A program made the translations under genes and the position numbers. The notes below the pieces were generated by a model. It saw only the letters and a program-made list of their open reading frames with translations. It did not search any database and was not told the DNA's origin. Shown here one piece after another: positions 51,620 to 60,813 of a stretch of 64,000 bases of DNA. Every line of letters starts with the position of its first letter. The first letter of the stretch is position 1. Source of the DNA: an uncultured Candidatus Rokubacteria bacterium (GTDB taxonomy: Bacteria; Methylomirabilota; Methylomirabilia; Rokubacteriales; CSP1-6); NCBI GenBank assembly GCA_963754315.1, contig CAVWFS010000018.1, forward strand, positions 736,001-800,000, given 5' to 3'.

Positions 51620-53159
51620 ATCCGGCGATCTGGTCGACGTGGACGCCTGACACGGCCAGTTCGGGCGCGTACACGACCTCGTCGGCGGCCCACACGATGG
51701 TGCCCCTGACGGTCGCGCCGACCCCGATGACATTGTTGAGAAGGGTGGCAAGGTTGTCATTGATGCGGATCGTGTTGGGCCGGATGGGCGAACCCAGCTG
51801 CCCATCACGGATGATGTAAGAGTCGGCGACCACCGTACAGGTAAAGTCGCCGGCGCGCAGGCTGTTGATCGGATAGGTGTACCAGATGCGCCCGATATAG
51901 AGGCCGTGGCCGACCCGTCGCAGGAGGTCGGGAAGGGAGCTGGGGTCGCGGCCCTCGACGACTACGTTCGTGGCCGCTACCCCGGGGCGAATGTCGAAGC
52001 GACGGCCGCCTCCCGAGCCGAACCGGAAGCCGTTACGCGGCGTGAGGGCCTGGGCCGCTACCGCTCCCGTGACGCCCAGCTTCACCGGCCCTTCGGGATC
52101 GCGCTGCAGCCGTTGTGATTCGTACCAGTTCGCGAGCAGACCGACGAGAATCCCGTCTCGAATGAGATCCGTGCGTCCCGTGGGAAGGCCCTCGCAGGTG
52201 AGCCCCTTCGAGCCGAGGAGGCCTCCCCTCGCTCCGTCGTCATAGACGGACAGGCCGGCTGCGGCCACGGCACGGCCGACCCGACCGAGAAATGGGGTGT
52301 TCGACGCGTAGAACATGTCCGCCCGACAGGCGGGAGCCACGATGTTGTTCACGATGTCGGCGACCGGTTGCGGACCGAAGATCACGGTGTAGTCGCCGCT
52401 CGGGACGCGCTCACCGCCGAGGGCCTTGACCGCATTCTGGGCCGCCTCGATCCCTGCCTCGTCGGTGAAGTGGTCGAGACGGGTGTTCAGCGAACATGCG
52501 GAACCCTTGGCGTCGTACGCTTCCACCATGGCCGTCACGAACGCGGTCAGAAGCGCCGACTCGTCTGTTTGCACCTCGGGCAGGCTACTCGAGACCACGG
52601 CCATCCGCTCTTGAAGGATGCTGACGTCGCCCCCCAGGATGAGACCAAGCCGGCCGAGCGCCTCATCGTCGCCGGCCAACTCCCGCAGGCGCGGCGAGGT
52701 GAGGAAGGCGCGCAGGGCGCCGTGAACGATGGACCAGCCCACCTCCACAAGCTGATCGTCCGAGATGCGCATGAGGTCGGGGTCGTGATAGCTCGCCAGC
52801 GTTCGGCGCTCTCGGTCAGGTCGGGGGAGTGAGACAAACGCGGGGTCGACGATGGCCGCCCCTCGGGCCTTGCCGAGCGCGCGGCGCGCTCCGTCTGACC
52901 CCAGATCGCCCGCTTCGCTCCCGAAGCCCACCCGCGGTCCATCGGGATGGTCGAACACGACATGAAGTCCGAGCCCGTGGCCGTCAGTCGACTTCGGTTC
53001 CTCGACGCCGTTACAGGGGATGTGCGAGGTGTAGCACAGCCGGGTCAGCAAACTCGTGTTGGCGGCCGCGAACACCTCGACCTCGCGCACGTCGGGCTCG
53101 GTGCGGGCGAGTTCGAAGGCACCGCGCGCGGCGCGGGCCAGCTCGGCGACCGTGGTCAT
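51600..53159 (-). CDS. Divergent TldE/PmbA-family protein
   Basis: VIFGPQPVA, VYDDG, TCEG, TNVVV, GDFTCT; no HExxxH. Confidence 0.8.
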   Translation of the reverse strand: MTTVAELARAARGAFELARTEPDVREVEVFAAANTSLLTRLCYTSHIPCNGVEEPKSTDGHGLGLHVVFDHPDGPRVGFGSEAGDLGSDGARRALGKARGAAIVDPAFVSLPRPDRERRTLASYHDPDLMRISDDQLVEVGWSIVHGALRAFLTSPRLRELAGDDEALGRLGLILGGDVSILQERMAVVSSSLPEVQTDESALLTAFVTAMVEAYDAKGSACSLNTRLDHFTDEAGIEAAQNAVKALGGERVPSGDYTVIFGPQPVADIVNNIVAPACRADMFYASNTPFLGRVGRAVAAAGLSVYDDGARGGLLGSKGLTCEGLPTGRTDLIRDGILVGLLANWYESQRLQRDPEGPVKLGVTGAVAAQALTPRNGFRFGSGGGRRFDIRPGVAATNVVVEGRDPSSLPDLLRRVGHGLYIGRIWYTYPINSLRAGDFTCTVVADSYIIRDGQLGSPIRPNTIRINDNLATLLNNVIGVGATVRGTIVWAADEVVYAPELAVSGVHVDQIAGFMAEIR

Positions 53160-53165
53160 GGCCGT

Positions 53166-53591
53166 TCAGCGCGTCCCGTCTGTCTTGGTTTCGGTTCCTG
53201 CCAGCGGGTAGCCCTTGGCCTGCCAGCCCGGGAGTCCTTCATCGAGCACGCGTTGGTTGCGATAGCCCATCTCGTACAGCAGGTTGCTGGCCCCCCGAGC
53301 CAGCGCGTGGGGGCACGTTCAGTAGAGGACGACGAGGCCAGAACGCGCAATGCTGGTGGCGCGCTCTCGCAAGGCGCGCAAGGGGATGCCGCGGGCACCC
53401 TTGATGTGCAGCGCCTCGTACTCCGCGCGGGTCCGCACGTCGATGATGTCCACGCGCGCTTTCTGATCGAGGACCCCCTTGAGCTCGTCGACCGAGATGA
53501 AGCTCACCGGGAAGTCGGGCGGAGCGGCCGGAGCGGCCCCCGTGAGCAGGAGGCCGGCTACGGTCACGGCCATCAAGGACTGTCGCACCAT
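53166..53591 (-). CDS. Exported rhodanese-domain protein, probable selenoprotein (in-frame TGA 53321-53319; 141 aa on readthrough)
   Basis: IIDVR..EY...HIKGA...VVLY-TGA-TCPH...GYRNQRVLDEGLPGWQAKGYP; stop at 53166-53168; SECIS-like hairpin. Confidence 0.82.
53286..53304 (-). promoter_or_regulatory. Candidate bacterial SECIS element
   Basis: Minus strand GCTGGCTC-GGG-GGGCCAGC stem-loop, starting after a 14-nt spacer 3' of the TGA, with a G-rich apical loop. Confidence 0.6.
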
Positions 53592-55156
53592 CAGACTCCT
53601 AGCACGCGGGCCCGGCTGCGCATAGTGGGGCCGCCATTGCCGAGGCGACGGGACTGCATGGGCTGTCCCTTTCCACAGTTGGCGATCGGGTAGATCCGGA
53701 AGTCGTTTCCCACTGCGTCCACGTTCATGAGGTAGTCACGACTGTCGGCGGCCAGGCCCCCGTCGCGAAAGCGACGCCCGAGCTGACCGTGCTCGATCTC
53801 GTACACGCTCCGTGCGGAGATGCGAAAGTTCTCGCGGCTCTCGGCGATGGACGGTATGCGATGCCCGGCGATGAAGTAGCCGTGGTCGACCTCGCGCACG
53901 ATGTCGGCGGGCGGGCGCTCGCCGCTCGCAAACACCGTGGTCGACATGCGGACGAGCGGTACCAGGGAGAGGTCGACCGCCTTCCAGTGTCCGTTCGGCT
54001 CTCCGCCGAAGATAGCCGACGTCTGGCGACTGTTCATGAAGCCCTTGAGGATCCCCTGATCGATGTGCACGACGCGGCGTCCCGGGGTGCCTTCGTGGTC
54101 GTAGGTGTAGTGTCCATAACCTGGCAGGGCCGGGTCGGAATAAGCGGTGACGAGGGGCGAGGCCACCCGTCTGCCGACCTGGTGCTCCCCGAGACCGCGC
54201 AGGAGCCAGGAACGGCCGGCGTACGCCGTCTCCATCTTGAGCGCGCGATCCAGCTCGACAGGATGGCCGACGATCTCGTGCGAGAGCAGCGTGTTGTAGT
54301 GGGGGTCGGTGACAACAGTCACCTCGCCCGAGGAGCTTGGCAGGGCGGGGGCCTCCACCAGCTCCAGGCTTTCGCGGGCGAGGTCGAGGGCGAACTCGCG
54401 GAACGTCGGGAAACGCAGGGATGCATCGTCCACACCGCGCTCCAGGATCTCCCAACCCCGCTGATGACCGAGCACGTCGTCGAGCTCCTGGCTGACGGGC
54501 CCGGAGACCGCCACCACGGCCACCAGCCCCTGGGTGAGCGCGAAGGCCTGGTCGATGAGGGCGCCCTCGGTCGAGACGAACAGCTCGCGTGAGAGCTGGG
54601 TCAATGTCGACACGTAGCGGTACTTGAGGCGATGATCGAGAGCGCCCACCTGGCGGCACACGTCGAGGGTGTAACGGCTCATGGTGTCCAGGGAGACTTC
54701 ACGTGGATCGATCTCGTAGACGGCAGCGACCCGGTCGCGCCGGACGTCGACCGGGTGCAGCCGCGTGTCGACCAGGCTGCGCCCGAGGACGCCGAACTTC
54801 TCTCGGGTGTTTGCCTTCATCTCTCCATTCACCAGCGCGCGGCGGTGGGCCTGGGCGAGGCTTTCTCGGACGACCCGCGCGAGAGCGTCCGTGTCGTGGA
54901 CACCCAAGGTCAATCCCACGTAACCCGGGCCGACCATCCGTTCCCCGGCCAGCGCCCGCACGCCGAGAGTGAGGCGCGTGTCGGCGCGCGCGGAGCGGCT
55001 GCCGTCGTTCTCGGCAGAGGTCGACTTGACCTCGACGATCTCCACCCGCACGTCGGCGTAGGTCAGGTGGGGTAAGCGCCGCTGCTCGCTGGCCACGAGA
55101 TCGGGAAGGGTGCGGGCGAGGCTGTCGATCAGTTCGAGCCTTGTGCCCTCGCTCAT
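53591..55156 (-). CDS. Divergent TldD-family metalloprotease
   Basis: SHEIVGH, DHEG, PLVRM, NCGKGQP; ATGA-coupled to moeA and TGATG-coupled to the rhodanese. Confidence 0.85.
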   Translation of the reverse strand: MSEGTRLELIDSLARTLPDLVASEQRRLPHLTYADVRVEIVEVKSTSAENDGSRSARADTRLTLGVRALAGERMVGPGYVGLTLGVHDTDALARVVRESLAQAHRRALVNGEMKANTREKFGVLGRSLVDTRLHPVDVRRDRVAAVYEIDPREVSLDTMSRYTLDVCRQVGALDHRLKYRYVSTLTQLSRELFVSTEGALIDQAFALTQGLVAVVAVSGPVSQELDDVLGHQRGWEILERGVDDASLRFPTFREFALDLARESLELVEAPALPSSSGEVTVVTDPHYNTLLSHEIVGHPVELDRALKMETAYAGRSWLLRGLGEHQVGRRVASPLVTAYSDPALPGYGHYTYDHEGTPGRRVVHIDQGILKGFMNSRQTSAIFGGEPNGHWKAVDLSLVPLVRMSTTVFASGERPPADIVREVDHGYFIAGHRIPSIAESRENFRISARSVYEIEHGQLGRRFRDGGLAADSRDYLMNVDAVGNDFRIYPIANCGKGQPMQSRRLGNGGPTMRSRARVLGV

Positions 55157-56364
55157 GCCGGCCACGGCCCCGAGAACGGCTCGACGAGCACCAGCTCACC
55201 CGGCGCCACGTCGCTCCGATCCTCCTCGAGCACGACGAGACAGTTGCCAGCGACCATTGAGGAGAGGATTCCCGATCCTTGAGGCCCCGTGGTACGGACT
55301 TCCCACCCGTCGACACTCCAGCTGAGCACGCCGCGCTTGAACTCACGCCGACCCCGCTTCTTGGGCAGCGGCTCGGCCGCTCGGGCCGGACGGAGGATAG
55401 GGAAGAGCGTGCTCCGGCCCCCAAGTTTGTAGAGGACGGGTCGCACGAAGAGGAGGAAGGTGAGCATCGATGCCACAGGATTGCCGGGCAACCCGAAGAA
55501 GTGCGCGGAACCCAACCGTCCCACCGCGAGGGGACGTCCAGGCTGCATGGCGACCTGCCAGAAATCGATGCCCCCAACCTCCGTCAGCACGTCCTTCACC
55601 AGATCGTACATGCCCACCGACACGCCGCCCGAGCTGATCACGATATCAGCCATCTCGCCAGCCTCGAGCAGGCGAGCGCGAAGCTCCGCGCGCTGGTCAG
55701 GCACGATACCGAGATCGGTGACCCGCCCGCCGCACTGCTCGACCGCCCCACGCAAGGTGAAGCGATTGGCGTCGTAGATCTGTCCCGATTTCCGGGGGGT
55801 ACCGGGCTCGGCCACCTCGTCACCCGTCGAGAGCAGCGCCACCCGCGGCTGAGCGTAGACGGCGACCTGGCAGAGGCCGAGCGACGCGCTCAATCCGAGT
55901 TCCTGTGGACGGAGGACCGTCCCCCGTTCGATGACCACCGTGCCGCTCTGGACGTCCTCACCGCGGCGGCGTACGTTGGCCCCAAGCGGACTGGGGCCGA
56001 TACGCAGTCGATCTCCGATTCGTTCTACCACCTCTTGTGGGTAGACGGTGCCCGCCCCGGCGGGCAAGGGAGCTCCGGTCATGATGCGCACCGTCTGGCC
56101 GGGGGCGAGGGGACTGTCGAAGACGGAACCGGCGGGCAGGTTGCCCACCACCAACAGCTCCCGCGCGCCCACGTGCGGCACGTCGTGGTCCGTCACCGCG
56201 TATCCGTCCACCGCAGAGTTGTCGGCGGGCGGAACGTCGAAGGGAGCGCACAGGCGCTCGGCCAGGACGCGCCCGAGAGCGCTGGCGATAGGAATGATCT
56301 CACTGGGTGCGACGGTCGTGACCGAATCGAGGATGTGATTTTGACCGTCAGCCACGGAAATCAT
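55153..56364 (-). CDS. moeA: Molybdopterin molybdotransferase
   Basis: NSAVDGYA, IMTGAP, STGDE, SGGVSVG, PGRP, GLPGNP, QGSG. Confidence 0.93.
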   Translation of the reverse strand: MISVADGQNHILDSVTTVAPSEIIPIASALGRVLAERLCAPFDVPPADNSAVDGYAVTDHDVPHVGARELLVVGNLPAGSVFDSPLAPGQTVRIMTGAPLPAGAGTVYPQEVVERIGDRLRIGPSPLGANVRRRGEDVQSGTVVIERGTVLRPQELGLSASLGLCQVAVYAQPRVALLSTGDEVAEPGTPRKSGQIYDANRFTLRGAVEQCGGRVTDLGIVPDQRAELRARLLEAGEMADIVISSGGVSVGMYDLVKDVLTEVGGIDFWQVAMQPGRPLAVGRLGSAHFFGLPGNPVASMLTFLLFVRPVLYKLGGRSTLFPILRPARAAEPLPKKRGRREFKRGVLSWSVDGWEVRTTGPQGSGILSSMVAGNCLVVLEEDRSDVAPGELVLVEPFSGPWPA

Positions 56365-56382
56365 GAGCATATTATACGCGCC

Positions 56383-56868
56383 ATGATGGAGACGCGACCG
56401 GCGGGCTTCTGGATTCGGACAGTGGCCGCGCTCGTGGACTTCTCGCTGTTGTTCCTGGTGCAGGTGTCCCTCGGATACATCGCGGGCAAGGTCATCGGAC
56501 CGGACGTCGAGGATTCGATGGCTTTGGTGCCGCTGGTGTGGGTGTTCACATTGCTCTTCGCTGGCGCGTACACCACGGTGCTCCACGCGCTGGTGGGCGG
56601 TCAGACGATTGGCAAGATGCTCGTGAACATCCGTGCGGTGAACGTGGACGGCACGACCGTGTCCGTGGGCGCCGCGCTGTTGAGGTTTGCCGGCTACTTC
56701 GTCTCGCTGGCGATGTTTGGGATCGGGTACGCGATGGCGGGCCTGCGGCGCGACAAGCGGGCCCTCCACGATTTGCTCGCGGGCACTCGGGTCGAACGCA
56801 TGCTATCGCTCCAGGAAGGGGATCCCGAGCGCGATGCGGTCGGTCCGGCATCTGCCCTCGGCATGTGA
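56383..56868 (+). CDS. RDD-family membrane protein
   Basis: AGFWIRTVAALVD, GQTIGK, RALHDLLAGTRV. Confidence 0.9.
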   Translation: MMETRPAGFWIRTVAALVDFSLLFLVQVSLGYIAGKVIGPDVEDSMALVPLVWVFTLLFAGAYTTVLHALVGGQTIGKMLVNIRAVNVDGTTVSVGAALLRFAGYFVSLAMFGIGYAMAGLRRDKRALHDLLAGTRVERMLSLQEGDPERDAVGPASALGM

Positions 56869-57416
56869 GGCCGGCTCTCCCTCCCCGGCTTCGGCATCGA
56901 CTGGCAGATACGATCCTGGCAGCTCTGCACGATGAGCGGGCCCGCCGCCAGCTTATTCGGCTGGGTTCGGACGAGGACCGCGCGCGGCGCTGGTGCGCTC
57001 CTGATGCCGCCTATGGCGCGGTTGTTCGCGGGCGCGCCCAGCTGGCCACCGAGGCCTTGAGGGCAGTGCCGCTGCGCCGCCCCCGCAATCTCGACGAAAC
57101 CTTGGAGGTCGCCGCCGTCCTGTTCGATGCCGGCCTATTCTTCGAGGTGCATGAGGCGCTGGAGCCGCACTGGCGGGTGGCCACGGATGACACACGCGAG
57201 GCGCTTCGAGGCTTGATCCAAATCGCTGTCGGCTATCACCACTGGACGCACGGCAACGCGCGTGGCGCACGGACACTGCTCGAGGCTGGCGCCGCGCGTG
57301 TGCGCCGCCGCACGGTGGGGGGCCTCGCCTTGGAGGATTTCGGCGCTGCTGTAGCGAAGTCTAGCAGGCGGCTCGAGGCGGCCCTGCCGTCCGCCCCGCC
57401 CTTTCCGCATCGCTGA
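56865..57416 (+). CDS. DUF309 domain protein
   Basis: FFEVHEALEPHW, GLIQIAVGYHH. Confidence 0.82.
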   Translation: MRPALPPRLRHRLADTILAALHDERARRQLIRLGSDEDRARRWCAPDAAYGAVVRGRAQLATEALRAVPLRRPRNLDETLEVAAVLFDAGLFFEVHEALEPHWRVATDDTREALRGLIQIAVGYHHWTHGNARGARTLLEAGAARVRRRTVGGLALEDFGAAVAKSSRRLEAALPSAPPFPHR

Positions 57417-57460
57417 GGGGCTCGCTCCGAACCCCGGCCCGGAGTGCCTCCGAACACTCC
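57417..57460. repeat. Two tandem hairpins sharing CTCCGAA
   Basis: GGGGCTCG-CTC-CGAACCCC and GGAGTG-CCTCCGAA-CACTCC. Confidence 0.45.
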
Positions 57461-57495
57461 TGGACCAGGCGTTTTAGGGCCGGTTCGGACTCGCC

Positions 57496-57525
57496 TTGAC
57501 ATGCGTTACCTGCTGTCAGTACTCT
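57496..57525 (+). promoter_or_regulatory. Sigma70-type promoter of the RRM gene
   Basis: TTGACA-N18-TACTCT; RBS GAGGAGG downstream. Confidence 0.6.
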
Positions 57526-57587
57526 TGGGCACGTTTTCCTGACCAGGCCCCAGGCGCCTGCAACGTCAGGGCGAGGAGGATCGTGAG

Positions 57588-57926
57588 ATGGCCTCAAAGC
57601 TCTTCGTCGGTAACCTGTCCTTCCAGGCAACAGAAGAGGATCTTCGCGAACTGTTTCAACAGTCGGGTACCGTCGAGAGCGTCCGCATCATCACCGATCA
57701 GTTCACGGGGCGCCCTCGCGGATTCGGCTTCGTGGAGATGGCTACTAAGGAGGAAGCGACCAAGGCAATCGAGATGCTCAACGGGCGGCTGTTCCGTGAC
57801 CGAAACCTCGTCGTCGACGAAGCTCGCCCCCAACCTCAGCGAAGCGGCGGCGGTGGTCCACGCGGAGACCGAGGTCCGAGGTCCGGTGGCCCGGGCGGAG
57901 GAGGCGGGGGAGGCTGGCGCCGGTAG
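57588..57926 (+). CDS. RRM RNA-binding protein with Gly-rich tail
   Basis: RNP2 LFVGNL, RNP1 RGFGFVEM. Confidence 0.93.
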   Translation: MASKLFVGNLSFQATEEDLRELFQQSGTVESVRIITDQFTGRPRGFGFVEMATKEEATKAIEMLNGRLFRDRNLVVDEARPQPQRSGGGGPRGDRGPRSGGPGGGGGGGWRR

Positions 57927-57961
57927 TCGCCGCTGGTGACCGTTGGTTCTCGGAGCGCTTG

Positions 57962-60217
57962 TCAGGCCCGCTCGGGAAAGAGATCGAGCTGTACCGCCGT
58001 CTCGGACAGAGAGGCCAGGGGGTAGGGGCGCAATCCTTCGAACTCAGTGAAGGGGCGGAAGCGCGTCCAGATCTCGAGGACCTTGCCCTGGTAATACCCC
58101 ACGTGCTCGTCCGGCTGCGCCGGGTCCCACAGGCTGGCTGACCGCGCCAGTTCAGCCACGGAAGCATGCCGGCCGCGTCCCGCGACATAGTAGGTGATCT
58201 GGTCACCGACGAGGAGGTCCCGGCCCGACGCCAAGGCGACTTCGTAGGCTGCGGAGATGTTGCGTACACCGGCGCGGACGCGCTGCTGGTAGACGTCCAG
58301 CGGGTCCTGCAGCGTTTCCGTCCTTGCGAACAGACGCACGGGTACCCGATGGGCCGCGAAGTCGTGCGTCCATCGATCGATCACGGATTTCACCTCGTCG
58401 GACCGTCCCGTGATGAGCAGACGTACCAGTTCTTCGATCAGCAGGCGTACGAAGGGTTCCAGGCCCCGGGAGCGCAGGGCCGAGCCTTTGAGGACGAGTC
58501 GCCCGCGTTCGTCGAGCAGCGCATAGGACTTCATCTTGTAGCTGAGCATCGCGGCGTACCGTCCTGCCAACTCGAGCTGAATACCGGGCGGCAGCGCGTC
58601 CGCGACGCGGGCCAGGAGCGATTCTTCGTTGCTCGATGAGGCGGCCGCCGGCGGGACGAAGTACACGCCGTCCGTGTCGACTTCCACTGGGCTGGCACCT
58701 ACCTCGGCGAGGCGCGACAGCACCGCTGTCACGATACGCCGTCCCTCGGCCGTGACACGGTCCGCCACCGCGAAGTCGTTCCAGTGCCCGCGGCTGTAGG
58801 CTAGATAGCCGTAGAAGGCGTTGATCAGGATCTTGAAGGCCTGCTGGAGTGCGCCCAGATGGGCCCGATCTCGAGCGTCGGCCGAGTCGCGCAAGCGCTG
58901 CTTGGCAGCCACCCTGAAGTCGGTCAGGGCGCGCAGCAGCTCGAGGAAGGCGCCCACGGTGTCCGAGGCGGGGGCCAGACCGCCGGTCAGCATGACTGAC
59001 GGGTACAGCGATGTGACGTCGGCATGCCAGACAGGCTTGGCCACTCCCTGCTGCAGGATCGCGGTATAGCCCCCGCCCACCGGGGCCGAGGGACCCGGCA
59101 GGGGGATGGCCCGTCGACGGCGCAGGTATTCCCGGACGAGGAGAGCGTCGATCTTGGCGGCGGCTCCCCGGAGCACGGTCGCCTGATAGTCGAAGGGCAA
59201 CAACTGCGTCTGGACGAAGTACGGAGGGGCCAGGATCGCCGACAAGGCGAGGGTCTCCACCGCGTCGTCACACGCGTATGCCATGAGCTGCTCGGGGGTC
59301 TCCCGGAATACTTGGGGAATCGAAGCAGGATCCAGATAGGTCCGATCATCCTTGGCCAGTCCGAAGTGGCGCGCAAGGTCCTTGAGCCCGAAGGAGGGCA
59401 GGTCGCGCGCCCCCGCGTCGTGGAGCTGCGCCAGGAGGTAGGTATCGATGATGTGGCGCCCAGGGATCTCGTAACGTCGGTAGCCGATCGTCCGCTCAGC
59501 GACCGAAAGCTGTGCGATGCGGCCGCGTAGCGTTTCGCCGCCGCGGCCCCAAGGCAGAGTGAGGCCGTGCCGCCGCGCGCGAGCTTCGAGGTACTCGAGG
59601 TCGAACCGGAAAATGTTATGCCCCTCCACGACGTCGGGATCACGCTCACGAATGAGGCGTGAACACTCCTCGATGAGGGCGGCTTCCGTCAGGAGGTCGC
59701 CCCGCAGGACGTGGCGGAACCCGCAAGAGTCGACCAGGGCGATGGCGATGATGCGGTCGTCGGGGCGGGCCGCGCTCGGAAAGTCATAGCCATCCCCCGT
59801 GAGCACCTCGATATCGAGGGCAAGGCGGCGGAGGTCGCCGAAGCGCAGACCTCCAAAGAGGGTATAGCCGGTGGCGAGCAGAAATTGATGGACGGGATCG
59901 GCGGTGAACCAGAGGGGAGCGGGGCGAAGCCGATCGCGGGCAGCGCGGGCGTGCTCCCAGGCGTCGAAGTGAGCCAGCCAGCGGAGCGTTCCGGGCCCGG
60001 CGAGCGCGGTGACCTCGCGGAGGCCGGGCGCTCCCTCGAGAGGGGCGACATCGCCGGCGAGCAGGAACGGCATGAAGGGCGCGACGTGGGCGGTGAGGCT
60101 CTGGCCATGCCGCTGATAGAGACGGATGGTCCGTCCGCCGGGCTCGAGCGTACAGGCCACGAGACCGGGAAAGGGCTTCGCACCGGGCAGCCGCGGTGCC
60201 TCGGCGGAAGGGAGCAC
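57962..60217 (-). CDS. Family B DNA polymerase with 3'-5' exonuclease
   Basis: DIE, GHNIFRFD, YACDD; DVTSLYPS, KILINAFYGY, DTDG. Confidence 0.92.
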   Translation of the reverse strand: MLPSAEAPRLPGAKPFPGLVACTLEPGGRTIRLYQRHGQSLTAHVAPFMPFLLAGDVAPLEGAPGLREVTALAGPGTLRWLAHFDAWEHARAARDRLRPAPLWFTADPVHQFLLATGYTLFGGLRFGDLRRLALDIEVLTGDGYDFPSAARPDDRIIAIALVDSCGFRHVLRGDLLTEAALIEECSRLIRERDPDVVEGHNIFRFDLEYLEARARRHGLTLPWGRGGETLRGRIAQLSVAERTIGYRRYEIPGRHIIDTYLLAQLHDAGARDLPSFGLKDLARHFGLAKDDRTYLDPASIPQVFRETPEQLMAYACDDAVETLALSAILAPPYFVQTQLLPFDYQATVLRGAAAKIDALLVREYLRRRRAIPLPGPSAPVGGGYTAILQQGVAKPVWHADVTSLYPSVMLTGGLAPASDTVGAFLELLRALTDFRVAAKQRLRDSADARDRAHLGALQQAFKILINAFYGYLAYSRGHWNDFAVADRVTAEGRRIVTAVLSRLAEVGASPVEVDTDGVYFVPPAAASSSNEESLLARVADALPPGIQLELAGRYAAMLSYKMKSYALLDERGRLVLKGSALRSRGLEPFVRLLIEELVRLLITGRSDEVKSVIDRWTHDFAAHRVPVRLFARTETLQDPLDVYQQRVRAGVRNISAAYEVALASGRDLLVGDQITYYVAGRGRHASVAELARSASLWDPAQPDEHVGYYQGKVLEIWTRFRPFTEFEGLRPYPLASLSETAVQLDLFPERA

Positions 60218-60220
60218 TCG

Positions 60221-60724
60221 CTAGTTCAACGTTCCCAGCAGACGGTGGAGTTCGCGAATCTGCTGGCGTGCCCCCGCGTGGCCGGGCTCGATCGTGAGAG
60301 CGACCTTCAACTCGCGGATGGCCTCGTGCAGGCGGTTCTTCATGATGTACACCCGGGCAAGGTTGAGGTGAGGAAACTGGCGCGGCTCGTAGCGTGGCGC
60401 GCGCTTGGCACGCTCGAGCCATGGGATGGCCTCGTCCGGTCGCCCGAGCTCGATCAGATAGGCGCCGATGTCGTTGTAGGGATTTCCGAACCCCGGATCG
60501 AGCCGAATGGCGATGTGACACTGCGTGATGGCCTCGTCCAGCCGGCGTAGCGCGCTGAGAGCCCAGCCGAGGAAGGTGTGGGCCTCGGCGGTTGGCTCAA
60601 CGTCGATGGACTTCTGGTACAGAGCGACCGCGTCGTCCAGGCGGCGCTCCATCTGAGCTTCGTAGCCGAGCTCGAAGTAGCGACGAGCCTCAGCGTCCGC
60701 GTGCTCCAGCACCGACGCCTCCAT
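60221..60724 (-). CDS. TPR protein
   Basis: PTAEAHTFLGW, GNPYNDIGAY repeats. Confidence 0.85.
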   Translation of the reverse strand: MEASVLEHADAEARRYFELGYEAQMERRLDDAVALYQKSIDVEPTAEAHTFLGWALSALRRLDEAITQCHIAIRLDPGFGNPYNDIGAYLIELGRPDEAIPWLERAKRAPRYEPRQFPHLNLARVYIMKNRLHEAIRELKVALTIEPGHAGARQQIRELHRLLGTLN

Positions 60725-60813
60725 CCCGCGGACGGCGGCCACGGCGAGTGAGTGGCCACTGGACACCAACCGCGATCGGATATTACGCCCGGTTCCGGTA
60801 TATTCTCAACTCC

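Noticed and set aside
53156..53398. 80-aa Cys-rich ORF in the ORF track
   Set aside because: It is an alternative frame over the true rhodanese C-terminal half
55279..56382. Long extension of the RDD ORF, and the many other long antisense or overlapping ORFs
   Set aside because: These are shadows of real genes in GC-rich DNA and have no recognisable motifs
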